Assembly: GCF_046119375.1 (NCBI RefSeq)
Contig: NW_027362763.1
Coordinates: 903,650,001-903,714,000 of the forward strand
Reading direction: 5' to 3'
Length of the DNA: 64,000 nucleotides
DNA from: Phyllobates terribilis
Lineage: Eukaryota
Each line of letters begins with the position of its first letter. The first letter of the stretch is position 1. A program made the translations under genes and the position numbers. The notes under the pieces are model-generated. The model did not search any database and had not been told where the DNA came from. It worked only from the letters and a program-made list of their open reading frames with translations. Below are positions 1-12,486 of the stretch, piece by piece.

Positions 1-793
1 CCTGCCCCTCCCCCCACCCCGCTGTACACTCAAACTGCGTATTAACATTAATTTTCATCATTACTGAGAAAAAATCCAGTTATGATTTTGGTGCACGAAC
101 AGTTATCGAACATAACCTCGAACAGCCGAATTTTTCTCAAATTGTTCGTGTTCGCCGAACGGCTCGAACACCGCCCAAAACAGCTCGAAATTGAGATTGG
201 CGAACAGTTCGAGTAGAACAACGCTCATCTCTACTCATTATCTTAAACCCTGACATTCTGTACACATCTTTTCTCTTCTTCTTTTTTATTACGTGGAAGA
301 ATTTCTTTTTCACGTGCAGAAATGTTCCTATTTTAACAGTAATTATGATGAATTAAGTCCTTAAGTCAGCGTATGAACGCAAATATTTAAATGACATTTA
401 GTCACGCACAGTCACATGTATAGCTGAGACATCTATAAAATTGACTCCAGCAGTGTATGTGAGTGCATCAATCCTTTCTTTTACTATGCATTCAGCTCTG
501 GGCTGTAAGAACACACCTAACCACTGTTTTATAACATAAATACATGGAAGGGACTTGTAAATACAACACACATCTTTCTTTATGTCACTTGCTCTATTTA
601 TTTTTTACATTTGTAAATTGTAGAAATATTTACAAAAAGCGATGAATCAAGTTATGAAGATGTGTTTACACGTATTGCAGATCCTTCTATATGCTTACTT
701 TACTTTCCTGCTACAACATAGGTGATGCAACTGGGGTGGCAAGTAAAGAAGATCATTAGTAAGCATTCAGAAAAATCTGCATTAAAACATTAA

Positions 794-2324
794 GGTTATG
801 TTCACACATCATGTTTTTTTTATGCCTTTTTTATGCAAATTTTCAGCTGCGTTTTCCAGAACCAGCAAAGTCTAAGAGATTCCAGAATTCTTAGTTCACA
901 TATCATGTTTTTTTTTTCGTTAAGGATTTTGTGCTTTGCATGGTTTTTTGAAAGATAGAGCTTGTCACTTCTTTCAGTGTTTTATTCAGAGTTTTTTCAC
1001 CCATTGGAAGTAATGGGTGATGAAAAAAACGCTGAAAAAAAAGCACCAAAAATGAAGGTATCAAGTTTTCAGCGTTTTTTCAGCGTTTTTTTGTGCCTAA
1101 ACCAGAATGAGATTTTTTTTTCACCGAACTTTATGTACTTGCATAACAGAGACAAAAGGACAGTGAAAAAAACGCTGAAAAAAGCATCAAAAATGCACCT
1201 AAAAAAGCAAAAACACAAGAAAACAGCAACAAAAATCCTGAACAACTTCCTGGCAACAGATCAGGTTTTGCTTCAGAAAATCGACGCAGAAAAAAACATG
1301 ATGTGTGAATGACGCGCCCCTGGGCCTGCTGTGTCGCGCAGCGTCTCGCGCACGGGGGCTTACCCGGAACCGGATCAGATGAGGGTTGTAGTCTCCGAGT
1401 GGCGGGGACCCGGTCCGTGCCCAGGGAGTCAAACTCAGTGTGTGGCAGTCTTGATAGATGTTATTTGAGTGTCGACTACGCCACCCGTTGATTTGCAGCT
1501 ATGGAGCTGCCGCTGCAGGGCAGACCGCTGAGGCCGGTGTAGAATTGTGCAGCGTGATAGTATAACCCCCAACGGGAGGGGTATGGCCTCAGGGCAGCCG
1601 ACGTGGAAGATGGGGGTAGCAGGAACCACTCAGAGACGGTGCAGTGTAATTCAGGGTCTTTACTGGTAACAACGATAGACCCTCCCGGAGTACTTGCTAG
1701 CGAACGGGGCCTGGTCAGTCCTTGAGCAGATGGGATCTCCCCTGGCCAGGCGGAGTTGTAGGCCTCCCAAACTGACTGTACTCTTCTGGCTACCTTGCTA
1801 GAAGCGGATATAAGTAGCCCACGTCCCTGAGTGTACCGTGTGGTGCTCACCCGTATGGCCGGTGACTCGGGGCCTTCTAATGGCTTCCGCTCCACGATGG
1901 CGGTGCTGGTCCCACGCGTGTGACCGTGCCTTCGGGTTTCTGGGCCTGAGGACCTGAAATCCCCTGCCGGTCGGCTTCTGCTGCTGGGTAAGAGTTAGTC
2001 CCCACAGCCTCGGACGCCGGGTCCGGTAAGAAAGCTTCTCAGTCAGGGCGAGCTCTGCAGCTGCCAGCCCCTGACTCGTAGTAGTATTGCTCCCACTGAG
2101 CTTCTGCTGTTTCTTCCTATGACTGTTTCTCGTCTCTACTTCTTCTCTACTCCTAACCCTGCCTCAGCCCCGGGTTTATATAGGGGAAGTTCTTCCCCTC
2201 CCAAGACTGGGCAGGAGGTGTGGCATGCACAGGATCCCTGACCAAAGGACCTCCCACCTGCTCTCAGACATAACATTACATTACTGTGGAAACCAGACCC
2301 CTGGGGTGCCACATGAACATAGCC
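794..2324. mobile_element. PIF/Harbinger-like MITE (about 520 bp) interrupted by a solo LTR
   Basis: TIRs GG(T/C)TATGTTCACAC / GTGAACATAGCC with a TAA 3-bp TSD. Confidence 0.7.
1310..2313 (-). mobile_element. Solo LTR (1,004 bp) of a related family
   Basis: Minus strand TGTGGCACCCC...GGCGCGTCA, TSD TGAA; U5 similar to elements A and B; nested in a MITE. Confidence 0.88.
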
Positions 2325-2890
2325 TAAAAGGTGGTTATTAAAGTGTTATAGTATACACCAGGTCCTAGCATATGCTATATGGATTTTAAAAAATATATAT
2401 ATTAATATCACCACCCTCAATTCATATACATTTCAGTAAAAATCAAACTACTACATTTGACAAGCTCAAATGCTGAGCCTGCTGTCAGTCAATGCACTGA
2501 AACCGTGCCAGCGCCACTCCTATGGCTGGAAGTCTGAGTTTGCCAGGGGGAATAAAGTTTATTTCCTCCCAGCAGCACGGCTCTCAGTGTCAGAACGCTG
2601 TCCTGTAAAATAACACTATTAATTTCTGCAGATTAACCCCATATCTGCAGGTTAGTAATGTTATTTTACATTACAGTCTCCCTTTGAAGCGATAGCACAT
2701 GTTCTCTTCTATAGATTATTGGTATCTTTTTGTGTGTATTGAAACCTGTTTTTGAGGATAACAACGCACACAAAAAAAATAATAAGATACATATTGTGAC
2801 AATTTAACACATTTACATAGTCAAAGAAATAATATGTCTATGCAAAAATATTTACAATATTTCTTAATGTTTGACTATGTATGAAATTAT

Positions 2891-3157
2891 ATAATAATCT
2901 TTATTTTTTAATATAGCGCCAACATATACCGCAGCGCTTTACATACTTTATCATGGCTGTCCCCATTGGGGCTCACAATCTACATTCCCTATCAGTATGT
3001 CTTTGGAGTGTGAGAGGAAACTGGAGAACCCAGAGGAAGCCCACGCAAACACGGGGAGAACATACAAACTCCTTGCAGATGTTGTCCTTGGTGGAATTTG
3101 AACCCAGGACCCCAGCGCTGCAAGGCTGCAGTGCTAACCACTGAGCCACCATGCATC
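2891..3157 (-). mobile_element. tRNA-derived SINE (V-SINE-like core, L2-like tail)
   Basis: A-box GGTGGCTCAGTGGTTAG, B-box GGGTTCAAATTCC, core GTATGTTCTCCCCGTGTTTGCGTGGG, tail GGCGCTATAT...(TTA)n. Confidence 0.8.
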
Positions 3158-4112
3158 CCATATGATTTTATTATTTGTTCTATTTTCATTTATTAGTGAT
3201 TTATCAAGTAAAATTGATATGAACTGACAGTAGTGTGATATAATCTATGCATCTAATAAAACCATCTATACATACAGTGGATTAATTGTGTAGACATTGG
3301 ATTCATAATATGCTATTCCACTATATAGCTGAGAGTCCATTTACACTGCAAGATTATTGTGAACACTCATTCACGATGCCTTTGCAGTATAAACTGGCTG
3401 CAGATCATCCAACGAAAAAGTAAAATGCTGTCAGCAATGCATCACGCTGTGTAAAAAAGGACCTGTCTGGCCAACAACAATGGCTGCCTATTGGCAATGA
3501 AAGATCTATTACAGATCATTCAGTCTGCAACTGAAGCAGCGTTGGCCTGCGTAAACTGGCTACTAAACAGGCTAGTGATCACCCAATGAACAAGCAAATT
3601 TCTCATTCATTGAATGAAATGATCTTTTGTGCTCCACAAAAGATCATCATCCTCAGCAGCATATTGTGCTGTGTAAACAGGACCTGTGCTGTCGAGAACA
3701 ATGGCGGCCTATGTGCACTGAACGTTAAGTTTTATAAGAACTCTCTTTCATTAAAAACACTATAGAATAAATAAATCTTGTGTATCTCTACAGTTTGGCT
3801 TAATTTGATGATGCTTTCATACAACACTGCCCTTAGGCAAACCTTGTTCTGAGCCTGTTCCAAAAATTGCTGTAACTACCAAAATGATGTTAAATGACTA
3901 ACAAGTAGTTCAACTTATTATAGAATTGTGAAACAATTTACAATTTCAATTGACCAATATTAAAATCTAAAAATTAGGAACTGGGAACAACTACTATGTA
4001 TAGGGCAGCAGAAATCATGTCCAATACTGAAAATTATGGGGCTATATGTAAGGAGCTATATGTGAGTAGGGATGTTTAGCACATTCTAAGCATTTCCATC
4101 TAACTAAAAAAC

Positions 4113-4376
4113 GGGCAGCACGGTGGCTCAGTGGTTAGCACTGTTGCTTTGCAGCACTGGGATTCTAGGTTATAATCCCGACAAGGACAACATCTGCAAG
4201 GAGTTTGTATGTTCTCCCCGTGTTTGCGTGGGTTTCCTCCGGGTTCTCCGGTTTCCTCCCACACTCCAAAGACATACTGATAGGATTGTGAGCCCCAGTG
4301 GGGACAGTGATGACAATATCTGTAAAGTGCTGTGGAATATGATGGTGGTTTATCAGTAAGAAAAATAAATAAATAA
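4113..4376 (+). mobile_element. tRNA-derived SINE, same family
   Basis: Inverted copy of 2891-3157. Confidence 0.8.
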
Positions 4377-4758
4377 CTAAAGCAAAATATTCTATGTACG
4401 TAATATGGCATAAAATGCGACATAATACTCAACTGCAAAAAAAAATTTGACATGGTGTCCAAACTTTGCAATCTCCTTATAAGTATATTAATGAATTTAA
4501 AAGTTACAACATATTACTTTTAGTGGAGAATTTACAGCAGAATCACAGCATAAATATTATCTAGTAGTTAATATTTATATTTAAGCACAATATAAGTGAT
4601 TTGATTAATTATTTTCTTAATAATATTGCATATCAATGCTACTTTTCTACTACAAACACTTTTAGTAGCACTAACATTTTCTTCAAGCAATCATCTATTG
4701 AGAAATATAATGACTATCATTAAGGGGGTGTCTAGTCTAGGAAGATACATCTACATAC

Positions 4759-7428
4759 TGCTGTTAACCTCCTGTCCACAGAAACAGGTAACATCAGACA
4801 GATGACTGCACGGGCAGAGCAGGTCTGGTGGAGCCAATGTAATTGCTTCAAATGATCCATTGCTAACAAGCTTTTGACTGGTGTTATTAAAGTAATCTTC
4901 TTGATGCGTAGGCTGATGTGAAAATCCAGTTTCAGAAACAAGAGAATTCTCCTTTATAAGATCTGTTGGTTTGGAGTCTGAAAATCCTAATGTGGCAAAA
5001 CTTTCAGAAAAATATTCGGTATCCATGCTTGTTAACACTTTTGTTCGTGTTTTTCCCATAATGCTGATTGACTTTCCTGGATTTTCAGGGAGAGTTGTAA
5101 TTTTCCAGTAATTCCATAGATTATTTATTATTGAGCTTGTAATCAGATGAGAAATCTGATCAGCATTTACATCACTCTGAGTCTTTATGTTTAAAGATGG
5201 TAACCTGGTGGTTGTTGATATTTGTTGAGCATTACTCATCAAATATGTTTCATATGTGGTTGATAAGAGATTATATTCCAGCGGGGGTGTTGCCATATAG
5301 GTGTTGTATCTTATTTCTAATGATTCTTCCTTACTGAGAAAATTACTTTGCTTTAATGAGTCATCATTAATGCCACTACTTGCTGTCAAGATACTGATTT
5401 CACTCGCTTGGAATGTTATATCTATAGTATGCAATGTACCCTGAGGTTTGATAAATTCTGGATGAGTATTTTCTTGTTGATGTTGTTGCTCAGGATTAAC
5501 CAAAACCTGAATAGTGCATGGCACAAGTTTAATTTTGTTAGCTTCATCAGATGACTTTTGACTACCAAAAGACTGTTGTAAGGAAAGAATGTCTACAGAA
5601 GTGCTGAGGTCAATTTCACCCATATTTTTTCCATCCTTTAACTGTGTTGTGGTTTCTAAATTTCTTATATCTAAATGGTTACTTGTTGTTATATTTGATT
5701 TAAAGTTATCATTACCTACTGGTTGGACAATAGATGTTGATAGCAAATAATTTGACAACGTCTTGGTTGGAGCCAGGTTAAATGTTGTGTTCATATGTGA
5801 AAGTCCTTCAATGGCATCAGTGGATTCAACTATATGACTCCTAGACACTAAATATAACTTTTCAGCTTCCAAAAAATCATCGTCACCAGAAAATTCCACT
5901 GCGTCAACATGTTTTTGATACTCATTGATCTCAACAGTTGGATGTGGGCTTACTATTTCAGTAGATGAAGTAGCAAATGGAAGTTCAGTGGTTGGACCAA
6001 CCATGTACAATTTTAAGTTCTCACTGGGTTTTCCATAGTTGAGTATAAAGTTCTTCCACTGGTTGTCTGACACATCATAACTTGTGGTCATCAAATGGTA
6101 TTGCTCTTCCCCCCTTGAATTCAGAATGCCAGTCTTTTTTGTTTCAGGGAAATATATAGATTGTCTATCTAAGGGCATACTATCCAGATTTAATACTGTA
6201 CTATATAATCCTTCATGATGTCTTGTTCTTGTTGGTAACAGCTCTTCTACCAGTGTTGGATATAAGGGATCCCTCATATTGTTGATACTTACATGATGCA
6301 TATTTGCTCGGTGAGCCAATAAACTTCCAAGAGACAGCTTGGATTGGGTAGGTAATATGTCGTATACTAAGGTACAACTGGAGACAGTATCACAAGACAC
6401 ACTGTCCGTAAATAAAATGTTCTGTGCATATACTGAGTCCATTACTTGATTCCTTAATAAAGAAGGAGCTAAATTATTTGGTTGAGGGCTTTGCACATCA
6501 GATGGAGATTCTGTAGATATACTAACATTATCCTCCTGAACATATTTTGCTTCTTCTGTGTTTTTCATACCATGTGTCCGATAACTACTTGGAGTTTGAA
6601 AACCATAAAACCTTTCAAGTCCTTTATAATTGGATCTTTCTGACTTGAATTCCTCTGTTGGTGTCACCACAGAAGTTAACATATATGAATCATTTATTAC
6701 AAATGGAAGTTTACGTGTCGCGTTGTTCCTTTTTTCAGATGTGTTTTCAGTATTATTGTCATGATTTCCACTTGCGTGATCACGAAAGTAATATTCTGAT
6801 GTCTTTTTGCTATACTCATTACTATACTTTACTACACTTTTAGCATTCAATGGTGGAGTAAAAATGTCAAAGTTATGCATAATCCATTGTGGCCACCATG
6901 TTTGATTTCTTTTCATGTTATTAGTATTGCTAATCTGTGTTCTACTGAAAGACATATTATCTGGTTCCATCACTGACATATTATGCCATTCATCTTCACT
7001 TCCAGATCCTGCTGTTCCCATTTTTGAGAATTCATCTTCTCCAAATAATAAAGATGATTTGCTTGAAACATTCTTTAAAATAGCTAAAACATTACTAGAT
7101 GATACTGTACTAGTGGACCTGTTTTCTTTGATTGCTTCACCCTCTGTACTGACCATTGTAGTTATCCTATGATTTATAGATGATGTCCAAATTGATGGGG
7201 TTGTCATTAACCAGAAGTTGATTGGTATTTTGCTTGTCGTACTCTTTTCAGAAGATGCTGGTCTCTGCTTCACTGGCCACACAATTGGGGTAGAAATAAT
7301 CCCTATACTTCGTACACCTTTTATTTTTGAGTCTTGCATTTGTTGCTGCCATCCTTCCCAAGGACGGGTAACTAGGTTTCTCTTCATTCTGATGGGAAAT
7401 GTAGCAGGAACTTTGAGTTCCTGCAGAT
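4759..7428 (-). CDS. Same gene, giant 2,670-bp stalk exon (890 codons, Ser/Thr/Asn-rich)
   Basis: Lies in the 899-aa ORF 4751..7450. Acceptor atatacag|ATCTG, donor AGCA|gtatgt, length divisible by 3, phase 1-1 like all other exons, and stop-free over 2.7 kb of AT-rich DNA. Attachment to this gene is inferred from strand, phase and position. Confidence 0.75.
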
Positions 7429-8590
7429 CTGTATATGTTATGCCATACAATAAATGGATTGAAAAAAAGCAGTTACTTGCAACAAAAATACATTTCTGTC
7501 AACTTGGTGCACAAAATTTTACTTGCAATATATGTGATTATAACATTACATTAATAATATACAGTAGTTCACTTCAGATATCTAAAAAAAACTAATTTTA
7601 CTTTGAACTTTGGTGAGCCTAAGTCGAACCTTCAGTTATATCTTAGACATTTGTATATGTAGAAATTTCCTTATATACTGTAGCATTAATGACAGAATGT
7701 CTCTGGCTTAGTTTTCAGTCTGTTTCAAGTTACATGTATTAATTGGAGGAATTCACAATAGTCATGCTATAAATATATTTCCTGACTATATAAGTGTAGG
7801 CTTTACTTTAGGTTACCAAACATGAACCTCACATAACTGCTTTCCAGAAATATAGACAACTTTAAGTCCTTCTACTAAAGACTAACCGTTGTTTTAAATG
7901 ATCAGTCCTGGCAGAGAAAGAAGCTGATTTCTCTGATAAGGTATATTACAAAGTTTCTTATGCTCATGTGTATTATTGCTTTATGAAATAAAAATCAAAG
8001 CGACGGTTACTCTTTAAAGACATATTTCCATCTCATTAAGTCATGGCATATCACTGGGATATGCCATCACTTATTGGTCAATGGAGGTTTGATTTCTGGC
8101 ACACTTACGAAGTCTAAGAATAAAGGGGCCACAACTCTGCTTCAGCACTGCATCACCTTTACAGTTCTTCCCGAATAGAGACACTTCTGGGTACCCGGCT
8201 ATGCTGGAAATGGCAGCTGACACCACTAATTTGGATGGAACTATGATGAAGAAGGTAACCCCTCTAAAAGGGACAAATTGTGAAGCAGTGCTACAGCTTC
8301 TTCATTCTCAGGATCAGTAGAGGTCCTAGAGGTCAAACCCGCGGCGATCATTAAGTAATGGCATATCTTAGTGAAATGCCATAATTTATGGAACAAGGAA
8401 TATGCCATTAATTAGTTAATGCTATTTCAGTCATTTTAAGTATTTAGATTATTTTCTAAGTAAATATAAGTTTCATAAATTAATAGAATTAATATTTAGA
8501 AGTCATGTTTAATTAAAGGGGGTTATCTGGTCTAGAATATCCATTTCAAACACTTTATTAGGGCATTCAGAACCCCCATCTATTAATCAT

Positions 8591-8982
8591 AAGGTTGTCC
8601 ACTACTTTTACATTGATGACCCATCCTTAGGATAGGTCATCAATGTCTGATCGGTCAGGGTCTGAAACCCGGTACCCCCACCAATCAGCTGTTATCGGTG
8701 GCGGCGACGGCCGCACAGAAGTACTCAATTGTCGAGCTGATCCATCTTCTGATAGCGGACACTGCAGGGTACTACACATCTGCCTCCTATTGATTTGAAT
8801 AGGAGGCGGATGTGCAGTAACAAGTCCCAGCCATTACCAGAAGACAGAGCAGCTCGACAGGTGAGTACTTCCCGCGGCCGCCTCCAACGACACCGATAGC
8901 AGCTGATCAGATGGCCGATCAGACATTGATGACCTATCCTTGGAATAGGTGATCAACGTAAAAGTAGTGGACCACCTCTTTG
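8591..8982. mobile_element. Palindromic MITE
   Basis: Long imperfect TIRs GTCCACTACTTTTACATTGATGACC / GGTGATCAACGTAAAAGTAGTGGAC; ends are approximate. Confidence 0.6.
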
Positions 8983-11149
8983 ACAGTGGTTAGAAGAACC
9001 AACTCTAGTTTACATCCCATTGATTTTATGAAAATGGTAAAATACTTTATTTACTACAAAATTTCCGCTGTATGATCTAGCAGTGGGACACCCTTTGAAC
9101 AGTTTATTGGCAGGGAACCTTTTTAATAAAAAGTCATTTTTCAAAGTTTAGAAATCTTTTGAATAAAAATTTGCTTCTGCAAATTTCTTCTGTCTGTAAA
9201 TGACTTGTAGGAAAATAAGTGGATTAATTTAGATTTGCATTTGATACAAAGGCCTTATTGCTGGAAACAAGCATTATACACAATATTAACAACACATTAA
9301 ACTTTCCAAAGAAAAAGTGCACAATGTCTATATTCTATACTGATATTATCCATCTTCCATGTGCAACGGATTCTATTCTATTTTCATAAGAGATATATAA
9401 TTCAGCATGTATGTGTGCAAATATAACATATTTTATGCTAATTCATGCTCTCACAAAATCGGCTTTCAAGCTGATCCATACAGAATATTTAGTTCGCAAT
9501 TTCTGATATATATCAAATGTAAACCATAAAATACATTAGCAGACATTATAATATGGGTTCCTTACCAGGCTCTGTGCTATCGACGGTGATATTAGTCATG
9601 TTAGTAGTTATCATAGTGGATGGTGAAGCTGTTACGATAGCTGGGAAGAACACAATAAAATGTGAGCTCGAATAGTGACACTGGGACCCATTAATCAGGT
9701 AAAGCATTGGTTGTGACAATAAATTCAGTAATCTAGGCGGGTAAGGTTATTGTGCAATAAAGCAATAGGTGCCATTCAATAATTTACATACTATACATAT
9801 GCACAAGGATGTGAACCATTGTGGATAGCAATGATCATTAGGCTATGTTCACTCAAGGAAGATTTTTTTGCACCAGTTCTGCCACTGTTTGATACATCTG
9901 ATTGGAGCTTCCAAAAATCCATGCACATGCTGCAGAACCTCTCTATTCAGACATATGAAAGTGGTTTTCAGTTTCAGAAATTCTGCTGTTTGTGAACATA
10001 CCCATATTGATATTGCATATTGTAGCCAAGTAATTAATTGCTGTGATTCATTATTTTGCAAGCCAGGCTTATAAAAAGTAATTCTAAAAGAAGCTTGCAA
10101 ACCACATTGAAGAATTATAAACCTTTGTAACAAAGGAACACATATAGAAATTCGGGATATTCAACAAATTGCTAACATTTCTACATATAACGGTAGATAA
10201 TAGCATAATGTTTTCTCCAAAATACCTTGTATATGCAAGTTACATTTACTTTGATGTGGTTTCAATAGATTCTAATTGTTGCTTCTGCCACTGCTTTGAC
10301 TTTTTGGGGCAACCTCCTTATAGGGATTATCCACTGCTTAGTAACACATTATTAATGGGTGCAGAGAGGTGAAAAATAAATGCAATTTACCTCCCGGACC
10401 AGCGCTGGTCCTTGGTAGTTAGCGCTGTGTCCCGCCACCGGTCTGCTGGGATCAACATTCAGAGGGAAGCATCACATGACTGCTGCAGCCAATCAATGGA
10501 TGTTGATCCCATTGGACCATTGGAGAACACAGTGGTGACTTTGGAAGAGTAATACATATACAGGATATATCTTCAGCAAATTTTTGCCTTTTGCTCTTTT
10601 TCCAGATCAATTGACAAGAATATGGAAAAAAAATTCAGTTGCTACCTGAAGATCATTATTTAACCCGAAACCAATTACTGTTCTTGAATATTATGACTGA
10701 TATGTATTTTACATAGTACAGTGACAAATATCTAAGGACGTGTGAAACTCAGCAATATTACAATTACTAAATATTTATTAATATGTATATTACACGAATA
10801 CATCAATAACATATGTGGTTGATAAAAAAATTAGAAAACAGAAGGAAAAAAGTCTACCTGAGAATAAATGACAGTGAAGGTGATAAATAATACAATGCTG
10901 CTTTAATGCCAGCACAGATAATAAACCTATGTAAGTAATAGATCCAACTTGGGATATAACCTTAGGGGATCACAAACAATAAAAACATGACAACGTAAAA
11001 GTAGTGAACAACCTCTTTGAGTGTGGTTAGAAGAACCAACTCTCGTTAACATCCCATTGATTTTATAAAAATGGTAAAATACTTTATTTCCTACAAAATT
11101 TCCGCTGTATGATCTAGCAGGGGGACACCCTTTGAACAGTTTATTGGCA
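8954..11149 (+). repeat. 159-bp direct repeat pair (8954-9112 and 10991-11149)
   Basis: Both copies read CAACGTAAAAGTAGTG...TTTATTGGCA at roughly 90% identity by eye. Confidence 0.85.
9566..9640 (-). CDS. Same gene, 75-bp Ser/Thr-rich exon (mini-exon c)
   Basis: Acceptor ttcttcccag| and donor |gtaagg. Encodes (A)IVTASPSTMITTNMTNITVDSTEP, a clear paralog of mini-exon b (shared ITTN motif and N-glycosylation sequons). Confidence 0.75.
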
Positions 11150-12417
11150 AGTTACCAAGACGCAAATAGCCTTCCTCACCTGATGCGCGTTTCACATTGT
11201 TTCATCTGGGGGTGAATGTTTTCCTCTGTTTTCTCATTTCACCACCCACATGTGGTCTTCATTTATTATCTTGGAGGGGTTTTCCACCTTTATAAAGTGG
11301 TCCCCAAATGATTGGATACTTGTAAGAGAACAAGCAGAGATCATATTCATTATTTCCCAGACCTGCACAGTATCCTAGTCAATACAGCACACATCACCAC
11401 TGCAGCCAGTCAGTGAGCTTGTCAGCTCATACCTTCTACAGTAGCAGAGCCCTTGAGCTTAGTGATTGGCTGCAGAAGTGATGTGAGTTGTAGTCATGCT
11501 GTCATCACTGCAGCCTAAGAAACAAGACAGGAGCAGCGGCAGGGATCCAGCACAGGCCCTGGGGAAGAATCTATTTATTTACAGGTATCCAATCCTGTGG
11601 GGACGGGACCACTTTTTTTAAAATGGGAAACATTTTTAAAGTATTTGTGTATCTTACTGCAAATATTACTAAAGATTTTGACATTTTAAGGTGTCCCACA
11701 CTTGGTGATTTTTGTTACTGTTATTCGGGAACTAAAAATAATTTTAGCAATAATTTGATTGGCGTTTTTTTACTTTACCTACATATAGGTACGTATAGTG
11801 CAGCTAAGTCTATTGAGTCATTATCATTAAAGATCAAATGTTCTCAAAGTATTCAATCTAAACAAAACCAATAATTTAGGTAAAACTGGAAAATTATCTT
11901 CAATACAAATATGTAAAAATTAGATAAATATGATGGCTATGCAGCAAATATTAATCAAACATTGAACTTAAATTGAAATGAAATGTTTAATTAGATGGCT
12001 TAATATAATCTTATGTGTTATAATATAAAGTCTCTAGATTTAATAGCTATAATTTTCTTGACTGCTTGATATAATAGGTGATAAAACACTGGGAAGGACG
12101 CTGATTGCTGGAGCCATCATTAATCCTATGCAGTTTTTATAGTTCCCATAAATTTCCAATGAAAAGAGAGATATACCCAAATGGTCAAACCTCCATATTA
12201 AATGCTTTATAACTCATCTGTCAGGATAAACTCTGCATACAGTAATACTTTTAGTTCCTTTTGACTTTTAATAACAAAAATTAAAAATACCAATTCTATA
12301 AAGATGGTGCATTTATAAATTCAAACAGTCTTGCTTGCCTTAAAAGAAATGAGTAATTTGCAGATTAATCTTCTTCAATCTCTATACAACTAGATAATTC
12401 ATGATATAAATTCTTAC

Positions 12418-12486
12418 CAGATACTGGACTATACGTGGTTATGTTAGTAGTGATCAAAGCGGATGACAAAGAGGGAGTTACAGTAG
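12418..12486 (-). CDS. Same gene, 69-bp Ser/Thr-rich exon (mini-exon b)
   Basis: Acceptor tttttgccag| and donor |gtaaga. Encodes (A)TVTPSLSSALITTNITTYSPVS, which resembles the ADGRG6 alternatively spliced exon ATVNSPSTTPPTVTTNM. Confidence 0.75.

Noticed and set aside
2891-4376. tRNA-like A/B boxes
   Set aside because: These are heads of SINEs, not cloverleaf tRNA genes.
10002-10083. Possible SEA-like exon ending in Trp (ITFYKPG...AISIW)
   Set aside because: Its phase (2 to 0) does not fit the flanking phase-1 exons, and the similarity is marginal.
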